In this document: positions 1 through 9,494 of the stretch, piece after piece
How positions within the stretch are numbered: the first letter of the stretch is position 1
How the letters are laid out: each line of letters starts with the position of its first letter
Assembly (NCBI GenBank): GCA_051294375.1
Contig: CM119265.1
Coordinates: 4,648,421 to 4,712,420, forward strand
DNA from: Paraspadella gotoi
Lineage: Eukaryota; Animalia; Chaetognatha
DNA length: 64,000 bases
Direction: 5' to 3'
Notes under the pieces: model-generated
Told to the model about the DNA's origin: nothing
The model's database searches: none
What the model saw: the letters and a program-made list of their open reading frames with translations, nothing else
Position numbers and translations under genes: made by a program

Positions 1-1272
1 AGAGTGGTGGAAAAAGAAAAGCGGAAAGAGAAGGAAAATAAAATAGAAAGGCAAAACTAGAAAGGTGACAGAGAAAGTTTAATCGAAATTATTCAAAGCG
101 AAAAAAAAAAACTTCGAAAAGTTGAAAAGAAAATTAAAAAACCTTTTGTTGAGAAAGAATCAGACTTTTAAGGGTCGACAAGACAAGAATCATCTTGACC
201 CCGAGTCGGTTTCGGCCCTTGACGTGAGAGTTTTGCGCGAGCGCGAGAAATGAGCTTCTTAATCTTCGCGAACAAAATCTCTCTTCAAAGCGATGTGATG
301 ATTCGTTTTCCACGACAAAGTTGGCAGAATGACTTATCTTTTTAAACTGAGCTTGTTATCCTTGTACCCTCGTATCTTTTATGATTCCCCGATTTAATTA
401 AACTACGACTACCATTTTCGATGTCGTTCTTGACCAAAAACTCATTCAAATAATTAGACTGACCCGACGTGACCCGTGTGCCCGCAGTGACCTCCATCAT
501 GGCATCGACTCGGGCCTATCAACCACAACAACTACAACAAAATGATCAGTCAAGTCTTTATAAACGCCACGATTTGTCCAGCGATCATTGACCATCGACT
601 CTGTAAGAGATGCAGAGGCGAGATCTTGATATCATAACGAAAATAACAACTTCGTGGATATGATTAGAAAGAAACAGAAATTCATTTGGATTTGATTTTT
701 GTCTTTGAGTTATCAGTTTTCGTTATTTCGACCATAGTCACGTCGTCGTTCCGCTCTTTCCCCTTAACGGTCACAGATTTTCGTCCCACATAGTACATAT
801 TTCCAACCGCCATGATTGTTCACGAAAGAGCGTCTTTGTTAGCCACGACAATTTCCTGTCGCCTGGCGACTCTCGAGGCCACGCCCCCGGCGACGGATCA
901 ACCTTCACCTTTCCCCACTCGGAGAAAGTCCAACTAGACAATGAACCTTTGACCGACTTTGTCCTCGAGGCATAACGAGACCGTCTATAAACCCAACGAC
1001 CGGTCCGTCTTTGTCCTAAGCAATCCATGTCCTTCGAGGACATTTAGCCTCCCGGTTCTAATCGGATATCGAGACTCGGGACAAAAAATATATCCATTAA
1101 TTCCCCGCTAATCGTCGCGGGTGAAAAAAAGGGACGAAAGTCGAAGAGAATGAAAAGAGAGAGAGAGAGAGAGAGAAAGACGATATTAACCGAGATCGAT
1201 GCATACGAAATGTGTCCGCCAACTCATTTACGTAGTTATGACTTTGGCGAAAGTCGAACCTAATGGATTCTC

Positions 1273-1313
<41 letters not shown>

Positions 1314-1472
1314 TCCCTCTCTATCTCTTTTCTCTCTTTTTCTCTTATCCGTCCATTGCACTGACCTCAAAACTGGTCATTGGTCATTCGCCGTTGATCT
1401 TTCTTCGCCCCTGAAAAGAAAAAATCTCTTTCCCTCCCTCCGCCTCTCTCTCTCCCCTTCCCTTTCTGACAC

Positions 1473-1605
<133 letters not shown>

Positions 1606-2251
1606 AACTCTTCAACGCTGTCCAAGGAAATGACCTAATGAAAACAAGCTTAGAAAAAGAGGAGAAAGGCCGAGGCCAAAGAGTTTTAAACCGACAGAGT
1701 GAGTCCTCTTTAGCTCGTATGTATAAATAAGAAAAAAATCCTTTTTTTTTTGTAAAATAACTATTAATAGAAAAGATATTGAATAAAATTGTTGAGGCGG
1801 AAATCTCAAAGCTGCTTCTCCGTCAAACGAGAAAAAGAAAAAAAAAGTTTTTCTTCTTCTATATTTTATTTTTATTTTTTATTTTGAAGAAGAATTTTTT
1901 TTTTTTATTGATGTCGTTTGCGCTCAATTATGCATAACTTGTCGCTTCTCTTTGCACGAGAAGATCCTAAGATTTCATCGAAGGAAGAGGGGGAAAAAAA
2001 TCAAGAAAAAAAAAGATGAATAAATGCTTTGAATAAAAAAATGTCTGTTTGTGGATATGAGAGCGGGTGCTACTGTGGATAAATTTGCGGGGTTATCTGT
2101 GGATGTTTTAAGGAGAGAGAGAGAGAGAGNNNNNNNNNNAGAGAGAGAGAGAGAGTATAATGAGTTTTAATCAAGTTAATTAGATCTCGCCAATTTTGAA
2201 AAACGATCAGTAATTTCATTTAAAAATTTCGCTCTCTAGAAATAAAACGAC

Positions 2252-3274
2252 ATGCTTCTTGTGAAGGTAAAAAAAAACGATTTTGTTCATGCCAAAATTA
2301 ACAAAACATAAATAATTTTATGCAAATCGACTTTAGGCGCCAACGTTTGTTTTTCTATTGGCCGTGGTTATCTGTGTGAATTGCCAGGTAAAGCGTCACT
2401 TTGTAATTTTTTTAAAACTCAAGGATATATAAATAAATGATTTTAATATTTTTGTTAGGCTTGTGAGGTAATGATATTTTAAAAAGTAAATTATTTTGAT
2501 TTAAGTAATTTCTGTAAATCTCTGAATTTTCCAAAGTCGCAATTGACCGGAATCGCCGAAAAATGCGCGGCCGGTGACGTCGCCCCTTTCGAGGCCCTCG
2601 AGGCTTCAGACGGCGCCGCCGCCGTCCTTGACGCCGTTAAAGACGCCGCTATCCGCTCCTTCGGGGGCGTTTCGTGTCTCCACCTGGCGGCGAAGAACAA
2701 CCGCGTCGCCCTCGTGGCGCTTCTTCTTCGTCTCGGCGTCAATCCCAACATCCGCACCTCCATGAACCGAACGCCACTGCACCTGGCCGCCTTGCACGAC
2801 GCCTACGACGCCATCCGTCTCCTTGGCAACGCGTCCGGCGTCGAGATCGACGCCCGCGACGTATTCGGTCAAACGAGTCTTCGCATTGCCGGCTGCAATC
2901 TGACGACCATCGACGCCCTCTTGGCGCTCGGAGCCGACGCCAACGTCGCTGACAAGGATTTCTCCACGCCTCTCATCGAGGCGGCCTTCTTTGGGTGCGA
3001 GAAGCTAGTGGCGCGCCTCCTGGACGCCGCCGGGGCGAACATCGAAGCCGCCACGAGATGGGGCGAGACGGCGCTACGTGTGGCGATTCGTCAGAGGCGC
3101 GCGGATGTTGTGGAGGTGCTGTTGGCCAGGGGCGCGAGTCTGGAGGCCGCCAAGAGATCCAATAGAGAGAGATATAATTTCGCATCCGGGATGAGGGATT
3201 CCAACATCCGGGAACTCATCGAAGCTGCGACCCCACCTGATGTAGAAGACCAAGACGAAGGGGCCATCGAGTGA
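2252..3274 (+). CDS. Ankyrin-repeat protein 1 (~5 ANK repeats) with predicted N-terminal signal peptide; model join(2252..2266,2337..2387,2459..2467,2537..3274), 270 aa
   Basis: ORF 2543..3274 has ANK motifs (SCLHLAAKNN, RTPLHLAALHD, STPLIEAAFFG, ETALRVAIRQR, LLARGAS) but no in-frame ATG before the first repeat (upstream in-frame stop TAA at 2480). Three phase-0 GT-AG introns (2267-2336, 70 nt; 2388-2458, 71 nt; 2468-2536, 69 nt) give the in-frame N-terminus MLLVK|APTFVFLLAVVICVNCQ|ACE|SQLTGIAEKC. The ankyrin call is very secure; the exon model is inferred. Confidence 0.9.
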
Positions 3275-3506
3275 ACTTTGGATCGAAGAACGAAATTTTC
3301 TGAGATAATTATTAGTTAATTACGAAATAATTGTAATTGACGAACTGAGCTCGAGGTCTTTTCTTTCTGTTCGTTTCAGGGATTTCAAAGCCAAATTTTA
3401 CCTTTTATCAACTGAACTATTTTCCGGTTTTTTTTTTCAGTTGTCATTTAAAAATCCTACAACTTACAACTGAATTAATTTCGAAAGATATCTTAGGCTA
3501 CCAATA

Positions 3507-4440
3507 ATGAAGGTGACGATTAGGAACTTATCTTTTTATTATTCCCTGACTAATCAAGTTTTTTATTTACGCAGCGTCAAAATGTGACAGCCGGTGTTTT
3601 CGTTATCGTCATCATTCTTTTCGGAGGATGTCAGGTGGGAGTGATTTGTTTTTCACTCTTCCAACAGAGTCTGTTTTACTTGTAGTTGACATGAGCGAGT
3701 GTCCTTACTTCCGTCTTTAGTCTCTTCGAATGTCGTTGTCCATGTTCTCCAACTGTCTCCACGGTCGCATCGACGAAGTTCGCTCCTTGGCCGAGACTCA
3801 CGGCCCGAAGGCCGTCGCTGCGGCGCGGGATAATTTGGGCAGCGACTGCCTGTATCTCGCGGCAGGCGGCAATCACGTGGCTCTGATGGAGCTGTTGTTG
3901 TCTTACGGCGCCAACCCGATCGGCATCGGCACTCCACCGCTCCTCCAAGCCGCGCAAGAGGGCTCCGTCGAGGCCATGAGATTTTTGCTGAACCAAACCG
4001 GCGTCTTCACGAACGCTTCCGATTGGCGAAAGAAAACGGGTCTCCATCGGGCGGCGTGGAGCGGCAATGCGGCCTCTATCGACTTTCTCCTCGCCGCCGG
4101 CGCCGACGTCAACGCCGAAGATAGCGAGGGAAATACGCCGCTCCACTTGGCGGCCCGCTGGGGCAACGCCGCCGCTCTGGCGAGCCTCTTAGCGGCGCCG
4201 GAAATCGACGTCGACGCTGTGGATCTAGAGGAAGAGACGCCACTAAGGAAGGCGATTCGTCGGAAGAATGCCGGCGTCGTGGCGACGCTGTTGAGAAACG
4301 GCGCTAGTCTAGACGAAGCCAAGGATTGCACAACACGCTGGCGGGAATTCGACGCCGGGATGGCCGATGAGGCCGTGAGAAGAGCCGTGGAGGCGGCGGA
4401 GGCGGCGGAGGCGGCGGAGGAGGTGATTGAAGAGGAGTAG
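3507..4440 (+). CDS. Ankyrin-repeat protein 2 (~5 ANK repeats) with predicted N-terminal signal peptide; model join(3507..3512,3575..3634,3721..4440), 261 aa
   Basis: ORF 3730..4440 has canonical ANK repeats (KTGLHRAAWSGN, LLAAGADVNAEDSEGNTPLHLAARWGN, ETPLRKAIRRKN). Phase-0 introns 3513-3574 (62 nt; branch-like CTGACTAAT, TTTATTTACGCAG acceptor) and 3635-3720 (86 nt) give MK|RQNVTAGVFVIVIILFGGCQ|SLRMSLSMFSNC. Confidence 0.9.
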
Positions 4441-4545
4441 CGGACGTTGAAGGCGGCTGGAGCAGTTGAATCGGGAAGATGGTCACGAGAAACTACAATC
4501 GGGATCAAGCGCTTTGTGTAGTCTCGTTGCAAAGGTCGTACTGTG

Positions 4546-4551
4546 ATTAAA
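4546..4551 (+). terminator. Candidate polyadenylation signal (ATTAAA) of ankyrin gene 2
   Basis: ATTAAA about 105 nt after the stop at 4440, followed by T-rich sequence. The motif is common in AT-rich DNA. Confidence 0.3.
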
Positions 4552-4805
4552 TTTATTTTAAGTTATCCACACGAAAGAGTAGTGCGTTTAATTATAAAAC
4601 CCAGAACTGACTCATTATCAGATGTCAAGAAAAGTGATCTACTATCAATAGCTGCTATCATTTTTTGCCTCTCATCGTAAAATTCAGGCGTATGATTGCC
4701 TAATATATTGCTTGGTTCAATCAAAATTTAAAAAATAAAATAAAAATCTTTAAGGAAAAGATTTTGTTAAATAAGGAAATTGTTCTTGTTAAAAAAAATG
4801 AAGCG

Positions 4806-5100
4806 GGAGAGAGAGAGGAGAGAGAGAGAAAGGAGGAGGAGAGAAGGGATCGAAGGGAGAGGGAGAAGAGAGAGAGCGAGAAGAGGAGAGAGAAGAGAGG
4901 AGAGAGAGAGAGGAAGAGAGAAGACGAGAGGAGGGAGATGAGAATCGAGAGGAGAGGATAGAGAGACGAGAGGGAGAGATTTTATAGAGAGAGGAGACGA
5001 AGAGGAGAGACTGGAGTAGGAGAGAGGAAGAGAGAGAGAGAAGGAGAGAGAGAGAGGAGAGAAGAAGAGAGAGAGAGAGAAGAAAGGGGAGGGAGGAGGG
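4806..5100. repeat. Degenerate (AG)n / purine-rich low-complexity tract
   Basis: Interrupted GAGA/GGAG runs. Confidence 0.9.
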
Positions 5101-5219
5101 GGGGTAGCGAGGCGAAGAAAAAAGAAATCGAAGCATAAAACAGCGAGAGACGTCGTTTGTATTTCGAATGCCAAATAGCGGAGGCGAAAAAGAGAGAAAC
5201 CAAAGATTGGAACGAAGAT

Positions 5220-5254
<35 letters not shown>

Positions 5255-6425
5255 AAGAGGACAAAAAACTTTTGAGAAGGACAAAGACGCGGACGAGAAA
5301 AGACGAGACAAGGGAAGGAAGGCAACGACGGAAACAAAGGCTAAGACAGGAAGAACCCTGAAAAAAAAACTAACACGTAGACTTATAGGGAAAAAAATAT
5401 GACGGAGAACTTTTGCTATGACACTTAAAAATAACATGGCTACTATTATATTCTCATACCATGTAAAGCCTCAAGCACGTAAGAGGACTAAAGTTTCTCG
5501 AATACTCGATTTTAATCTGATAAAACAACAAGCAATTGGAAGAAGATTTCGTGTCGAAGTCTCTCTCAGCTCTGCCATTTTTTTCCCAGATATTTTCCTT
5601 GCTCCAGCTCGGATTTGAATTTTTTCGTTTGACTCAGTTTGTTTTAAAACGTAGTTTATTTTTAACTTTATCTCTAAATCTAAAAGTTACGCATTCCTTT
5701 ATCCATCGTCCTTTCGTTCGATTTTTATTTTCGTCGTCGTCGTNNNNNNNNNNGTCGTCGTCGTCGTCGTCGACTCAGAGTCATTGTCGTCTTCCCCTCC
5801 CCTCTTTGCCCTGGGGGAATATAAGCGGCCTTATGATGAAAGTCGTAACGACGACGACGACGACGACGACGAAGTCAACGACGACGACGACGACGAAGTC
5901 AACGACTGAGTTTTTGACAAACGTCGCGTCTTCGCTTCCTCTTGCGCCGCCTCGCGTCTCGCGTGTAAATTAAGAGAAGCCATTGACGACGAAATTGTAT
6001 CAGCAATTGTACCTCTAAATTTCTACAAGTCGTTGCCGCGTTGTAGTTCGAGTTGCGGAGGAGATAAAGAGGGGAAAGACGAAATGGGGCGCTGTTTCAA
6101 TAAAGAGGGCGATTAAAGACGAACGGAGGTAGAGAGATAGGAAGAGGAAGAGAGAGAGAGAGAGAGAGCTAGAGAGAGAGAGAGAGAGAGAGAGATGAGA
6201 GAGAGAGAGAGGAGAGAGACGAGAGAGAGAGAGAGAGAGAACGTTTCGCTTACATAAATGGGAAGAGGCTCCTGGCGGAAACGATGTTACGTCCAAAGTC
6301 AAAGGAACAAAGATTCCAAAGAGGAAGAACGAAGCTCGTTCCCGGAGACACGAACTTTTATATACGAAAACAGAGAAGAGCAGAGGAGACGAGAGAGAGA
6401 GAGAGTAGAGAGAGGAGATAGAGAG

Positions 6426-6472
<47 letters not shown>

Positions 6473-7416
6473 CTGTGTGTTTTACTTTGACAAATTTTTA
6501 AGACTCTTGCAAAACAAAATGAGGAAAAAAAAAGCAAAGCTATTTGTTGTTTACTAAATTTTTTTTCTTGTCTTAAAATCTTTTTCTTTTTTTCTTTTTC
6601 TTCTCTTTACTTTCCTCTTTTTTCTTTCTTTGAAACATGCAAATGTTGCTCGTCCGGAACGGAATCCAAGCCGGGTCTTCTTTCTTCTTCGCTTCTTCGC
6701 GATCAAGGTCACCCTCGAGGTTTAAAGAGTCAAACACGATCTTTCCGTCATTTCGCTTCTGCCCATAATTTTTAACGGAAAAAAGTCCCGCGAAAATATC
6801 TGTCCCAAGTTGAGCCAATTTATTATTTCCCCAATGTGCTTTACAATATGGCTACTTTTTTGACAAGCAGTCAACGACATTTTCCTATTTGCTCGACTTT
6901 CGATGGAGAAAATAAAAGAACAGAACGTTTCTTCTTAACGTTATGACTTCTTTTTTTTTTGTGACGGAAACGCGATTATCCGGAATCCATCGAAGCTAAC
7001 CTCCCTTTTCACTGCCTCTTTTTGCCGAGCAATTTTCTCTTTTCATCAATTCCAACGACTCGGGTGAGGAGGAGGGAACTCACCTTCGGCAGTCATCACC
7101 CGAGAGTCTAATCACCTTCGCAAGTCTTCTCTCACTTTGACCAATCATATCTTCGATTCTCGCTTTCAAAACTTTTTTTTTCAGCTTTGAGGAATTTATC
7201 CTGAAGCTAAATTTACTTATTCATTAAAATTTAGATGCCAGAATGAGTTGCCATTCCTGTAAGAGATTCGGAACATTTTCGAATGCGATTCCGACTAATG
7301 ACACAAAATTCTCTCAGATCTCTTCGATTAAAATGCATTAACTCTTTCATCACAACCATTTCGCGCCCTATCTCTCGACATTTACGTTTTAGAGAGAAAC
7401 GAAACGACTTTGGAAC

Positions 7417-7419
<3 letters not shown>

Positions 7420-7471
<52 letters not shown>
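7420..7471. repeat. (CGT/GAC)n trinucleotide microsatellite
   Basis: cgtcgtcgt run; similar tracts near 5732, 5850, 13245, 33621, 36191, 45348 and 46484. Confidence 0.95.
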
Positions 7472-8552
7472 TTTCGTATGTCCCATTCCCTATCAGACTT
7501 CCTTTGCTTTTTTTCCTTTTCCTCCCCCGCTTTTTTCTCTTTCATTTCATTCCCTCATTTTAGTCTGCCTTTTTTTAAACGACCTTTCCTTTTTACCTTA
7601 CCCTCCTATCTTTCTACCTCTTTTTATTTCCTTCCCAGTTTTTTTATCTTCTCCTCCTTTTCTCATTCTTCAAGATTTCCATCGCTTTCATCGCTCCCAT
7701 TCCTGTCATTAGCCCTATCTCTCCCGTCTCTTTTATTTTCTTTGCGAATCTCTTTTCTATTTTTTTTCCTATATTTTATGAAATTGGCACAACCAATATA
7801 AAATTATCCATCCATTTAATAAATAAGCTATCTTGTCTCTGACTTTTGACAGGCTTTGGTGGTTTAAGGCCTCCATCACACTTGCAAGATAATAACATAA
7901 CAGGTTTCTGCAAGCTTTTAATCAAGCCTCTCTCACAGACTTGTTTATTCACTCCCAGTGAACTTGGCTTCACTATCAATGAAGTGGTATAATATTTCAA
8001 AGAATGTTTCAATTGTATGAAAAGACCACTCCCTTAAGTATTAGATCGTATTAGATTATATTATTCCCATTTTTTTTAACTATTGTACGATTATTTTTAT
8101 TATAATCTCACTAAATTTCTCTCTGCCTTTTTTCTGCCATAATTTTTCTTTTTTTTTTCGTTGCGAGATTAACAATATTAATAGCAATCGGTAGTGACTT
8201 CGGGTGAGGAGATATAAGAGCTTGGTCAGGATTTGTCAATCATTGAACGTTTGGGTCACCTGTCACTTGCCCTCTCTTAACTAGCATCTATTTTCAAAGC
8301 ATGCATAGTTGCATACACACGACTTTCAACGTTCGGTCTCTCGCTAGTACATAACGAATCTTAAGTATGTAAACTTGATCGACCTCGTTCAGAGCCACCG
8401 GACGCCACAGATAAGCAGATGTAGTCCTATTTCATCCCAAACTTTCTGAAGCCGCCCAACTTTTATCCTAATCCGTCGTCATCCGGAGATTATGAACCTC
8501 GAAGAGAAAATTTGTATCTCGGACGCCAAAGGGGCGAGTGGATGATCTAAGG

Positions 8553-8637
<85 letters not shown>

Positions 8638-9247
8638 CCCCGTCGAGATAGCCCCGTCAACGGACTGATAAAAGGCACGAGAGCTTTGCGTCTCCTAATA
8701 TCCGGGTGATGTGCTCCGTCGGAATGGAGGGCGAGAAAAAGGGAGGAAAGGAGAAGGGGGAGAAAGAGAAAATGAAAAGAAAGAAAAAGAGGAGAAAGAA
8801 AAGGGGATGGAAAGAGGGAGAGAAAGGATCGTAATACATTCTATATATCTCGAAAGGAGGTTATAACAGGAGAAAAAACAGTAAGGAAAGAGGAAACTAA
8901 AAATAAAGGTAAGGGAAAAGATAAAAAAAAAGGAGAAAGTAAAAGGGATGAAAAGAAAATGACTTGAAATAAAAGGAGAGAAAAAATAGAAAGAAAAAAA
9001 TTGGAAAGAAAAGGAAATAGTAAAAAGGAAAGAAAAAGGAATGAAAAGGAGAAAAGAAAAGGCGAAAAAAAAGGAAAGAAGAAAGAAAGAAAGGAGAAAG
9101 GAGAAAGAGGGCGAAGGAGAGGGCGTCGGACGCTTTAAAAAACAGTCGACGATTTCCTTTCAAGCGAAGGAAAAAAAAAATCCAAGTCGAACTAGATGGG
9201 AATTTTTTATGATGGATCTCTCTCATCTCTCTCTCATCTCTCTAACT

Positions 9248-9281
<34 letters not shown>

Positions 9282-9436
9282 TCTCATCTGTCGTCTGCTC
9301 TCATCTCCTCGCTCTCCTCCCTTTTTTCCTTCCGTCGCTTTCTCCTTACCTACTCTTGGCGGTAAAGTTAAGTGAAACAGGAAAGCAAGGAAAAAAAAGT
9401 ATTGGAGTCGCTTTTTACGGCCCGATCCACAGCCTG

Positions 9437-9494
<58 letters not shown>

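Noticed and set aside
771-1043. Non-repetitive ORF(s) on either strand near the window start
   Set aside because: No recognisable domain or consistent splice model; an exon cannot be supported.
2543-2545. TTG start for ankyrin gene 1 as given by the ORF track (bacterial-style gene or contaminant)
   Set aside because: The context is eukaryotic, and an in-frame acceptor at 2535-2536 with upstream exons supplies a normal ATG.
2491-4532. Overlapping and antisense ORFs across the ankyrin genes (e.g. 3903..4532 -, 3676..4146 -, 2674..2952 +)
   Set aside because: They are shadow ORFs expected from GC-rich coding sequence, with no recognisable motifs.
7057-7112. Small inverted repeat GACTCGGGTGA...TCACCCGAGAGTC as a possible ribozyme
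   Set aside because: The stem is short, and no hammerhead (CUGAUGA...GAAA) or HDV-like core is visible.
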